DNA of 64,000 nucleotides, from the NCBI GenBank assembly GCA_965223545.1, contig OZ245006.1, positions 6,560,001 through 6,624,000 on the forward strand, written 5' to 3'. The notes below the pieces were generated by a model. The model was not told where the DNA came from and searched no databases. It saw only the letters and a list, made by a program, of their open reading frames with translations. Position numbers and translations under genes: made by a program. Below, in pieces: positions 37,302 to 46,019 of the stretch; positions within the stretch are counted from its first letter, which is position 1, and each line of letters opens with the position of its first letter. Source of the stretch: Planctomycetota bacterium (GTDB taxonomy: Bacteria; Planctomycetota; UBA1135; UBA2386).

Positions 37302-37565
37302 ATGGCACACAGCAAGCAGGCGAAGAAGAGAATCCGCCAGGACGAGCGCCGGCGGTTGCGCAACAAGGCGACCGCGTCGGCGATGCGCACTCAGTTCAAG
37401 AAGCTGATGACCCAGGTCGAAGCCGGTGATCGCGAGGGCGCTGCGGCGCAACTCGGCGAGACGCTGTCGCGCATCGACAAGGCCGCCAAACGGCGGGTCA
37501 TCCACCCCAACGCCGCCGCCCGCAAGAAGGGCCAGGCGATGCGCGCCGTGCACCGGCTCGCGTAG
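37302..37565 (+). CDS. rpsT: 30S ribosomal protein S20
   Basis: MAHSKQAKKRIRQ...IDKAAKRRVIHPNAAARKK. Confidence 0.96.
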   Translation: MAHSKQAKKRIRQDERRRLRNKATASAMRTQFKKLMTQVEAGDREGAAAQLGETLSRIDKAAKRRVIHPNAAARKKGQAMRAVHRLA

Positions 37566-37573
37566 CTTCGACT

Positions 37574-38539
37574 CTACTGCGGCGGGCGCACGCGCTCGAC
37601 GCGGACGCCGCGCGCGCGCAGTAGCTCGATGACGTTGCCGGGGCCGCCGAGGTGGCCGGCGCCCACCGCGAAGAAGTGGCTCTGTCGCGAATGCGTGCGC
37701 GTGCGGTCGTCGATGCGGATCGCCATGCGCAGGTTGCGGCGGGTGACGACCGCGTCCACCAGCCGCCGGCGCAGCGCCTCGTCCGCCGGCAAGAATCGCA
37801 AGGCGTCGGCGGCCAGGCAGTCGGCGTCGCCGTCCAGATAGCACTGCACCAGCCGGTCGTTGGGGTTGCCCTCGCCGTCGGCGGCTTCGCGCGCGCAGTG
37901 CAGCGCCGACTGCAGCAGCGACTGGGCCTCGCTCTCGCTGAGCATGCGGAATGGCGTCAGCTGCTCTTTGACGGTTTCCAATCCCTCGCGGCGCAGCCGG
38001 AGATCGCCGGCGAGATCCCAGAGCGCGTCGTCGAGCGGCTTCACCGGGTGTTCGCTGCGCGCCAGAGGTGCGGCCATCAGCTGCAGGGCGATGGCCCATA
38101 GCTGCAGCGGCTCGACCGCCGCCAAGCTGCTCTGGCCGGCGTTCAGATGCGCTTCGAGCTCCTCGTACAGCTGCGTGGACAGCCGGTGCCGCAACGGCCG
38201 GAAATCGGCCTTCGGCATCTGCATCGCTTCCTGGATCTCCTCCTGGCTGGCCTCGTCGAGCAGGTGCTCGGTGACCAGCACGTCGGCCTGACGCAGGGCG
38301 TCCGCCGCTTCGGGTGGCAGCTTGGCGACGCGCGGGTCCGACAGGTGGATCGTGCCGAACACCCAGCTCGGGCGGCGGCCTTGGATCTTCCACAAGAGCG
38401 GCGCCCGTGGCTCCTCGGCGGCCGGCGGATCGATCGAGTCCAGCGTGATCTGCGCGGGCGCGGTGGCTCCCGAAATCAGTAGCAGGCCGAGGAGCAGCCC
38501 GGCGGCGTGCGTCTGCAGGGGCGTCGGGATGCTTGGCAT
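37574..38539 (-). CDS. TraB/GumN family protein
   Basis: Signal peptide; LLWKI..SWVFGTIH; GLET..EQL; RRNLRMA; FFAVGAGHL. Confidence 0.9.
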   Translation of the reverse strand: MPSIPTPLQTHAAGLLLGLLLISGATAPAQITLDSIDPPAAEEPRAPLLWKIQGRRPSWVFGTIHLSDPRVAKLPPEAADALRQADVLVTEHLLDEASQEEIQEAMQMPKADFRPLRHRLSTQLYEELEAHLNAGQSSLAAVEPLQLWAIALQLMAAPLARSEHPVKPLDDALWDLAGDLRLRREGLETVKEQLTPFRMLSESEAQSLLQSALHCAREAADGEGNPNDRLVQCYLDGDADCLAADALRFLPADEALRRRLVDAVVTRRNLRMAIRIDDRTRTHSRQSHFFAVGAGHLGGPGNVIELLRARGVRVERVRPPQ

Positions 38540-38753
38540 CGGTGTCGGCAAGATGTAACCAGGCGGCGGGCGAGCCGTAAAGCCCGTATGGCCAAGCGGG
38601 GTGCGCCCGATGCGCGCGGCGGTTGCCGCCCAGGGGTCGCGGAATCCTCGGTGTAACGGGCGCTGCGGGCGGAGGTCTCTTCGGGCGAGGACGGCGGTGG
38701 TCGCGGACTTCCCGCGCCCAAACGACCGTCCATGTTCACGAAGAGGAAGAACG

Positions 38754-39215
38754 ATGAGACGTTTCTCCATGCTCGCAGGGATCCTCCTGCTCACAAGCGC
38801 TGTCTCCGCGCAGATCAACCTGACCGGCCGTGAGCTCGCGGCCACCGCCAACGGCGTCACCGTCGGCGCCGGCTGTGTGTCGTCGGCGTCCTGCCCCGGC
38901 TCGACGCTGAGCCAGCCGGGCGCCCCGCAGTTGACTCTGCGGGTGTCGGGCAAGAAGAGCAGCCCCTACGTCATCTTCTACAGCGTGTCCGGCATCGCGT
39001 GCACGCCGGCCAGCCCGGTGACCGGAGCCATGTGGCTCGTCAACCCGCAGACCCTGGTCAGCGGCACCATGCCGCTGGGCTCGCTGGCATCGGGCTGCCC
39101 TGGCGCGGCAGTGCACACCTTCAGCGCCATTTCGGGGGTCTTCTACGTGCAGGCGACGATGCTCACCCCAGGCGGGCAGTCGGTCTACACCAGCCCGATC
39201 ACCATTCAGCTGTGA
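38754..39215 (+). CDS. Secreted hypothetical protein
   Basis: GAGG RBS; signal peptide MRRFSMLAGILLLTSAVSA; C-terminal FYVQA-type beta domain. Confidence 0.75.
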   Translation: MRRFSMLAGILLLTSAVSAQINLTGRELAATANGVTVGAGCVSSASCPGSTLSQPGAPQLTLRVSGKKSSPYVIFYSVSGIACTPASPVTGAMWLVNPQTLVSGTMPLGSLASGCPGAAVHTFSAISGVFYVQATMLTPGGQSVYTSPITIQL

Positions 39216-39368
39216 CCTCCGCCTGATGGCCGCGGGCACCGCTGGCGGCCGTGAGGAAGAAATGCCGTAACGTCGTCGTCGCGCTGGGATCTCGACGCGT
39301 CGTGGTTGCGCCGCGAGTGTCGCCGCCAGCCGATCCGCCGCTTGACTTCCAACCGACGACGACGATTC

Positions 39369-40589
39369 ATGCATCGATTTGCACGCTTCCGGCCGGCAGG
39401 CATCACGCTGCTGGGGGTGCTCACGGCCCTTTCTCCGGCGTTCCTGAGCGCGCCCGGCGCCCCGCGCGCCTGGGACCAGCTCGCGCCGCTGTCATTGCAG
39501 TGGCGCAGCACGAACAACCCGATGTGGACCTCCGACGACCCGTTGACCTCCGACGAGTTCATTTGGGTGCGGGTCAAGGGCGCGCTGGAGCACGCCGGCG
39601 TGTACGTCGAGTTGGTCGTGTTTCCCTACTTCCACCAGCCTCCGGTCGGTGTCCTCGGCTTGGAGAAGTTCGCCGGCCTGAGTGACGTCGCGCCGACGCC
39701 GCTCGTCAACATCGATCCGAGTTGGGATCCCGGCGGCACCGGCATGGTGAGTGTGCTCGAGCCGCTGGCGCTGCTCGACCTGCACGACAGCATCTGGACT
39801 GGCGATGGTGTGAATCCGCACTCCACGCCCGAGCTGGTGCACGACCGGTGCCAACCGATCTACAAGCCCGGCCAGGGTTCGGTCACCATTCGGCGCTGGC
39901 GCACCGATCACCCGTATTTCTCGCAGCCCTTCGTCGACAAGTGGGACCGTGTCCGCAGTGCTGACGACGCGCGCGAGCTCATGACGATGGAGGGGTTGAT
40001 CAAGCTCGGCATTCTGGATCGCGTGATCCACCAGGGACACAACGCGAACCCAGGCGACGTCGAGGACTTTTGGGAGTCGGACTGGTTTCGCAACCACGCG
40101 ACCGGCAACCTCGCCGCGCGAATCCAGGCGGTCTACGTCTGGACCGACGACCACGACCCGGCCAACTTCGAGAACGGGCCGGACGACGAGTTCGAGCCCG
40201 ATGGGCTGTTCGGCGTCATCAGCACGCTCGGCAGCACCGACTTCTTCCGGTTCGAGTACGCGTACACCTCCGGGGCCGGCAAGGACTACCCCTACAACTA
40301 CCCTCCGCAGGGCAACATGGGGCAGTTCTTCCAGCCCGGTGACCCCTTCGACATCCGCGCGCGAGGCATCCTGCACGACTCGTTCGCGGTGGTCGAGTTC
40401 AACGGCAGTCCGGTGATGCCGATGATCACGCCCATCCTCCCCGGCGACGACGACGACTTCCTGGCGGCGACGATCACGGTGCCCAATCGGCCGGCGGGGA
40501 CGACGTTCGCCATCACCGGACTGATCGTCGATGGTCAGCACACGGCGATTCCACCGGCTCACCAAGACTACGGCGCCATTGCGCCGTAG
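39369..40589 (+). CDS. Secreted hypothetical protein
   Basis: Signal-like N-terminus; strong GC3 codon bias in this frame; no family recognised. Confidence 0.72.
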   Translation: MHRFARFRPAGITLLGVLTALSPAFLSAPGAPRAWDQLAPLSLQWRSTNNPMWTSDDPLTSDEFIWVRVKGALEHAGVYVELVVFPYFHQPPVGVLGLEKFAGLSDVAPTPLVNIDPSWDPGGTGMVSVLEPLALLDLHDSIWTGDGVNPHSTPELVHDRCQPIYKPGQGSVTIRRWRTDHPYFSQPFVDKWDRVRSADDARELMTMEGLIKLGILDRVIHQGHNANPGDVEDFWESDWFRNHATGNLAARIQAVYVWTDDHDPANFENGPDDEFEPDGLFGVISTLGSTDFFRFEYAYTSGAGKDYPYNYPPQGNMGQFFQPGDPFDIRARGILHDSFAVVEFNGSPVMPMITPILPGDDDDFLAATITVPNRPAGTTFAITGLIVDGQHTAIPPAHQDYGAIAP

Positions 40590-40613
40590 TCGGTGCGCGT
40601 CGCGCTGTGCCGT

Positions 40614-43397
40614 TCACGGGCGGTCGAGCTGGTCCAGCGCGTCTGCCAACTGCGCGGCCACGGCGGCGCGCTGCTGCGTGAACCAGCGGCGGGGTGCGCC
40701 GTCGGGGAGGCGGACGGTGGCCAAGTCCGCGATGCGCAGGGCGGCGCGCCAGCTCGACGCGCGCCGCGCGAACTCGAACGCCGCCCTCAGGATGTCTGGC
40801 TGCGATGCGGCCGTCGTCTGTTGGAGCCGGTACTCGATGCCGGCGACGGTCTCGATGCCCCAGTGCAGGAGCGTGGTTTCGACGTCGGCGCCGAGGCTGT
40901 CCCGATCCAACGTCTCGGCCAAGGTCCCCAGCAGATCCGATTGTCGGCGGGCGTTGTTGGGCTCGCTCCGCAGCGCGCGGTCCAGGCGCTCCAAAGCGAC
41001 GCCCGTCCGGCCGAGCTCGTGATCGATCCGGGCCAGGGCGTGCTCGACGTAGCCGCGGGCGCGGCCGTAGCGCAGCCGGTCGAGGAGCGCGGTGCCCTCC
41101 TCGTGCAGCTCATCCAAGGAGGCTGTGGCGTCGGGGCCTCGGACCTGGCCGCGGCGAATCCGGTAGCGAAGCCAGTCGACCTGCCGGGTGAACAGCTCCC
41201 CGGTTGCGAGCTCGCGCTGGGCGGTCGCCGGGCTGTGCGCGATGGCTTGCTCGAACAGGGCGAACGCCGCCTCGCCGTCGCGGCGGATCGCGAAGGTCCA
41301 CTGTGCTCGGGCGCGCAGCAACGGAGGGTGGCGGTCGCCGAACCGGTCGGTGGCGCGGTCGAGAGTTGCCACGGCCGCTTCGGGGTCGCGCCGATGCATG
41401 TGCACCACGAAGTCCAGCGCGACTTCGAGGGGAGACCAGCGGTCGCGATCGATGCGCTGCAAAGTCGCCGCCGCGCGGTCGGTGTCGCCGGTGACCAGCC
41501 ACGAGCGGGCCAGGTTGCGGTAGAGGATGCGCGACCATGCGCTCGTCGTCGGGCCGGCGTCCAGCTCGTCGGCCATGGCCTGCAGCAGTGCGCGGGAGGC
41601 CTCGTGCTGGCCGGCGTCCTGCAGCACCGCAGCGAGGAGATAGTGGGTGCGCCTGCGGGTCGCACCGCCGCGGTCGAGGCCCGAGTCTTGCGCGGCCTCC
41701 AGCTCGGAGAGCAGCTCGTGGATCGGCCGTGAAGCCAGTCGGCAGACGGCCACGGTGAGCAGGTGCTCGTCGGCGCTCCGGCCGCCGGCCGGGGGTAGCT
41801 CCCATTCTGCGCCGGGGCCCGCGAGCCAGGCGCGCAGTGCCGCTTGGCCGCGCGGAGCGCCGCGGCCAAGCGCGGCGCATTGCTCGGCCGCCGCGAAGTC
41901 GCCGAGGAGCACGTGCGCGAAGGCCATGGCCAAGTGGGCGGCGTCCGATGTGGGCTGGGTGGCGGCCACGGCTTGCAGCTGGTGGCGCGTCACCGCGGCG
42001 TCGACCGCGTCGATCGGTTGCACGACCGTGTCCAGCAGTCGCTCGACGGCATTTGCCGCCAGCGCTCGCCGGCGCAGGGCGTCGAAGCGGTCATCGCCGG
42101 CCCACAGCGCGGTCAATCCGCGCAGAGTCTCGAGTGCGCGGTCCGGTCGGCCGTCGATGAGCGCAGTGTTTGCCCGCGCCAGCCGGTCGGCGAACAGCTG
42201 CTCGGCGCGCTGTGACTGCAGCGTCGCGGTCACGGCCGCTGCCGACAGGGCGAGCACGCCCGCGGCGATCGCAGCCGTGGTGCGCGGGTTGCGACGCGCG
42301 CGGCGCCACAGGCGCGGCAGTAGGCCGACTCCGCGCACGCGCACCGGATCACCGCGCAGGTACTGCCGGAGCTGTTGCGCCACTGCGGCCGCCGTCTGCG
42401 GCCGGTGCTCGGGGCGCTTGGCCAGCAGCGTCAGCACGATGAGGCCCAGGTCGCGGTCGGCGGGCGCCAAGCGGAGCACGGGCGGTTCTTCGAGCACGAT
42501 CCGGGTCACGAGCCGCTCGGGATCGCCCGAGACGAACGGTGGGTGGCCGGCCAGCAACTCGTACAGCGTGGCGCCGAGGCCGTACAGGTCGACGCGGGGA
42601 TCGAGTCGGGGACCGCTGCCGGTGAGCAGCTCCGGCGCCACGTACGGCAGGGTGCCCGGCACGCTCCCCGTCGTGGTGACGGTGCCGTCGGTGTGGCCGC
42701 GCGCCAGCCCGAAGTCCACCAGCACCGGCCGGTCGCCGTCGATCAGCACGTTGGAGGGTTTGACGTCGCGGTGCACGACGCCGGCGACGTGCGCGGTCTC
42801 GAGCGCTTCGGCGATGGCGGCTCCGATCTCGGCGCAGCGCCGGGGTGGCAGCGGCAGCGGTAGCTGGTGCAAGCCGGGGCCTTCGATGTAGCGCATCGCC
42901 ATGAAGGCGAAGCCCTCGGCTTCGCCGGTGGCGTAGACCGGGACGATGCCGGGGTGCTCGAGGCCGGCGGTCAGCTCGGCTGCGCGGTGGAACCGACTGC
43001 GCGTGCGGGGCTCGCTCCACTGGCCGGGTCCGATCAGCTTCAGCGCGACCGTGCGGCCCAGCGACTCCTGGCGGGCGAGGTAGACGGCACCCATTCCGCC
43101 GCGGCCGAGGAAGCGCAGTAGGCGATAGTCGTCGATGCGTTGGAGTGGCAGCGCCTCGATGGGTGGCAGCGGGGTGTCGTCACCGTCGATCGCGTGGTCG
43201 GTCGTGCTGTCCCTGGGCGCCAGGCTCTCGCGGATGATGTCCGGCTCGGCCTCGATCAGCTGCCGGACCTGCTGCTCGAGTTCCGCGTCGCCGTGACACA
43301 GCGCCAACAGGTCCGGTTGTTCGCCCGCTTCGTTGGCGAGGAACCACTGTGCCAGGATCTCCTCGGCGTTGGGCCGGGAGTCCCGGTCAGCAGTCAC
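40614..43397 (-). CDS. Hanks-type Ser/Thr protein kinase with TM and C-terminal helical repeats
   Basis: LGRGGMGAVY, VALK, HRDVKPSN, DFGLA, GTLPYVAPE. Confidence 0.95.
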   Translation of the reverse strand: MTADRDSRPNAEEILAQWFLANEAGEQPDLLALCHGDAELEQQVRQLIEAEPDIIRESLAPRDSTTDHAIDGDDTPLPPIEALPLQRIDDYRLLRFLGRGGMGAVYLARQESLGRTVALKLIGPGQWSEPRTRSRFHRAAELTAGLEHPGIVPVYATGEAEGFAFMAMRYIEGPGLHQLPLPLPPRRCAEIGAAIAEALETAHVAGVVHRDVKPSNVLIDGDRPVLVDFGLARGHTDGTVTTTGSVPGTLPYVAPELLTGSGPRLDPRVDLYGLGATLYELLAGHPPFVSGDPERLVTRIVLEEPPVLRLAPADRDLGLIVLTLLAKRPEHRPQTAAAVAQQLRQYLRGDPVRVRGVGLLPRLWRRARRNPRTTAAIAAGVLALSAAAVTATLQSQRAEQLFADRLARANTALIDGRPDRALETLRGLTALWAGDDRFDALRRRALAANAVERLLDTVVQPIDAVDAAVTRHQLQAVAATQPTSDAAHLAMAFAHVLLGDFAAAEQCAALGRGAPRGQAALRAWLAGPGAEWELPPAGGRSADEHLLTVAVCRLASRPIHELLSELEAAQDSGLDRGGATRRRTHYLLAAVLQDAGQHEASRALLQAMADELDAGPTTSAWSRILYRNLARSWLVTGDTDRAAATLQRIDRDRWSPLEVALDFVVHMHRRDPEAAVATLDRATDRFGDRHPPLLRARAQWTFAIRRDGEAAFALFEQAIAHSPATAQRELATGELFTRQVDWLRYRIRRGQVRGPDATASLDELHEEGTALLDRLRYGRARGYVEHALARIDHELGRTGVALERLDRALRSEPNNARRQSDLLGTLAETLDRDSLGADVETTLLHWGIETVAGIEYRLQQTTAASQPDILRAAFEFARRASSWRAALRIADLATVRLPDGAPRRWFTQQRAAVAAQLADALDQLDRP

Positions 43398-44049
43398 GCA
43401 CGCCTCCGTCCTGCGCCATTTGGCTGGCCAGTGCTGCCCGCGCGCGCGCCAGCAACACGCGCGAGGCGCCGACGCTGCGTCCCAGGATGCGCGCGGTGTT
43501 CTCGTGTGTCTGGTCCGGCTCCATGTGCAGCATCAGGATGCGGGCGTAGTCCTTCGGCAGGCGGTTCATCGCCTGGGCGATGCGCACCAGCTCCTCGCTG
43601 ACCACGGCCGCCGAGCTCGGGGTGCCGCCGGCCTGCGGGATCTCTCGGGCGTCCGCGCCGCCTTCCCGACCGAGGTCGCGGCGCTGGGCGCCGTGGAAGC
43701 GCAGTCGCTTGCGCAGCGTGCGGTCGAGAATGCGCAGCACCCACGCCGAGAACTCGCGTTCCGAGGTGCCGCGGAAGTCGGGCACCGTGGTCACCACGCG
43801 GAGATACGTCGACTGCAGGATGTCCGAGGGCTCGACGCGGCGTCGCATCTGCGGGCCGACGCGGTGTCGCAGCGCGCTTTCGACGCGGTCGCGGACGCGA
43901 TCGAGCAGCTCCTCGAGAGCGGCGCGGTCGCCGCTCCGGGCGCGGTCGAGCAGGTGCAACCCGCCGCGGTCGGTATCGCCTCGGTCGATGGCGCGCTCGG
44001 CGGCGTCGTGGTCGTCTGGAGGGGGGCCTTCTCGGGAGGCCTCGGTCAT
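43387..44049 (-). CDS. ECF sigma factor (kinase-associated type)
   Basis: GDRAALEELL, SDILQ, FSAWVLRI, region 4 LPKDYARIL; overlaps the kinase start. Confidence 0.9.
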   Translation of the reverse strand: MTEASREGPPPDDHDAAERAIDRGDTDRGGLHLLDRARSGDRAALEELLDRVRDRVESALRHRVGPQMRRRVEPSDILQSTYLRVVTTVPDFRGTSEREFSAWVLRILDRTLRKRLRFHGAQRRDLGREGGADAREIPQAGGTPSSAAVVSEELVRIAQAMNRLPKDYARILMLHMEPDQTHENTARILGRSVGASRVLLARARAALASQMAQDGGVRDC

Positions 44050-44174
44050 GAGGTGGGTCTTCGGGGCGGGCGTGGGGGAGCGAATCCAGGGCTCTCCGGC
44101 TTGGATGCCGGGAGCTCCCGCACGTTACAGGAGAATCCCGCCGCCGCCGATTCGGGGAGTGCCAGGATCCCCTG

Positions 44175-45695
44175 TCAGCGCACGAAGACGCGGGAGTATC
44201 GGTAGTAGGCCTCGAGGGTCAGCACCAGGACGGCGGTCGAGTACACCCGGCCGCCGTCGCTTCCCCAAGCACCGATCGGGTCCCACGACCCCTCGTAGTT
44301 GCCGTCCTGGCGCTGTGGCTTGATCACCGCAGCAGTCAGAAACTCGGACCACTTCTTCCAGTGCTGCCGGCCCATTTGGTACAGCGCGTAGGTGGCGTAG
44401 TACCAGTAGTAGTGGTCGATCTCGCCGGTGTCCGGGTCCCACACCGGGGGCTTGGCGAGGATCGTGTCCGCCGCCCGTTCCATCACCGGGTACTCCTCGG
44501 GATCCTGCCCGAGGAAGAAGCGACTCATCAGGCCGACCGCGGTCAGCGCTTCGCCTTTGGCTGCCGGGAACCTGGTCGCGTGCTCGGTGTCGTGGCGTGA
44601 AGACGGCTCGCCGCGCTTCTCGTAGCCGCACTGCCCGGTGGCGGGGTCGGTGACCTGGTCGAACCACGCCTCGCACAGCTTGAGTGCCTGGGTGTTGACG
44701 GTGAGGTCGAAGTCCTGCGCCGACTTGTAGGCCATGACCGCCCAGCCGGTGACCGAGGTGTCGTTGGCCCCCGAGCGCGGTTGGTAGCGCCACACGGCGT
44801 AGGGGTTGCGGTGCGCCTCGAGATAGTTGAGGCCCTTCTGCGCGTACTTGCGCAGCAGCTGCGACTCCGACAGGCCGTAGGCCTCGATGATGGCCAGGGT
44901 GGCGATGGCGTGGTCGTAGATGAAGTGGCTCGACGTGTCGGAGCCGAACAGGCCGTTGGCGGGCTCTTGTTGGCTGCGCAGCCAGCGCACGGCGAGCTTG
45001 ACCTGGTCCTTGTAGGGGCCGCTGCGCAGGGTCGAGCCGTCACCCAAGAACGCCAGCAGCGCCAAGCCGGTGACGCCGACGTCGTGCACCGGGTTGCCGG
45101 CGCCGTCGCACGGCTCGCCCTCGTGGTCGTGCTTGGCAAAGTCGTCGGCGTCCCAGCGGCCGTCTTCGTCCTGATGGTTCTTGAGCCACTCGAGACCGGC
45201 GACGATCGCCTTGGCGGTGTCGCGGCCCTTGGCGCCGAGCCGCGCGCGCCCGGTGCCGCGCCGGCCGAACTTGCCGCCGCCGCCGCCACCCAGTCCCAGC
45301 GCCGTGTTCCACTGATCGTTGTCGAAGGCGGACTCGACGGTCGAGTCGAGGTCGTCGAAGGTCTGGTCGGTGACCTCCTCGGTGACGATCTCCTGGTCCT
45401 GCAGGACCGGCTCGTCGGGCGTCTCGGGCTCGGGTTCGGGCTCCGGCTCCTCTTCTTCCGGTATCTCCTCCGGCGGCTTGGGCTGCTCCATCTTCACCGA
45501 TTCGTCCGTCGTCGACGGTGGAGCCGCGGGGATCAGCAGGAGCACGAAGATGACGACGCCGTGGATGAGTACCGACAGCAGCAGCCACGGCGCGTGCCGC
45601 AGCTGATCGGCCATCATCTCTTGAAAGGTCGGGGAGCTGTCCCAGATCGGCGGTGTGTGTGACTCGACCCGGTAGCTGCTGGGATCGATGGACAT
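44175..45695 (-). CDS. Prenyltransferase/squalene-oxidase repeat membrane protein, paralog A
   Basis: TM, acidic linker, then repeated WLxxxQxxDGxW motifs. Confidence 0.85.
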   Translation of the reverse strand: MSIDPSSYRVESHTPPIWDSSPTFQEMMADQLRHAPWLLLSVLIHGVVIFVLLLIPAAPPSTTDESVKMEQPKPPEEIPEEEEPEPEPEPETPDEPVLQDQEIVTEEVTDQTFDDLDSTVESAFDNDQWNTALGLGGGGGGKFGRRGTGRARLGAKGRDTAKAIVAGLEWLKNHQDEDGRWDADDFAKHDHEGEPCDGAGNPVHDVGVTGLALLAFLGDGSTLRSGPYKDQVKLAVRWLRSQQEPANGLFGSDTSSHFIYDHAIATLAIIEAYGLSESQLLRKYAQKGLNYLEAHRNPYAVWRYQPRSGANDTSVTGWAVMAYKSAQDFDLTVNTQALKLCEAWFDQVTDPATGQCGYEKRGEPSSRHDTEHATRFPAAKGEALTAVGLMSRFFLGQDPEEYPVMERAADTILAKPPVWDPDTGEIDHYYWYYATYALYQMGRQHWKKWSEFLTAAVIKPQRQDGNYEGSWDPIGAWGSDGGRVYSTAVLVLTLEAYYRYSRVFVR

Positions 45696-45834
45696 GGAGA
45701 TGCCTCGTCGCTTGGCGCAGGGTGTACGGACTCCGGCCCCTGCGCGGTGCTCCGCCGCACCGCCGTTTGCACAGCAGCCCTCGTCGCCTGACGTCCCCTA
45801 GGAACGCCCAGCGTCCCCGCCGGTTCAGAATGGG

Positions 45835-46019
45835 CGCGGCGAGACGTACGGAGTCAGGCTCGATTTTCTCGCTTGGCGGCAGCCGCCAAGCGAGAAAATC
45901 GAGCCTGACTCCGTACGTCTCGCCGCGTGCTAAGCGAGAAAATCGAGCCTGACTCCGTACGTCTCGCCGCGTGCTAAGCGAGAAAATCGAGCCTGACTCC
46001 GTACGTCTCGCCGCGTGCT
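45835..46019. repeat. REP/BIME-like cluster: 46-bp-arm palindrome plus three tandem 44-bp copies
   Basis: Unit AAGCGAGAAAATCGAGCCTGACTCCGTACGTCTCGCCGCGTGCT at 45888, 45932 and 45976; inverted copy at 45835-45880. Confidence 0.9.

Noticed and set aside
36696..37565. 289-aa extended S20 fusion
   Set aside because: The upstream part is an alternative frame of the TPR gene; S20 starts at ATG 37302.
37574..38539. TraB as a conjugation gene of the island
   Set aside because: The TraB/GumN family is a peptidase-like exported protein, and it lies on the host side of the tRNA.
45835..46019. CRISPR array
   Set aside because: The 44-bp units abut with no spacers, one copy is inverted, and there are no cas genes in the window.
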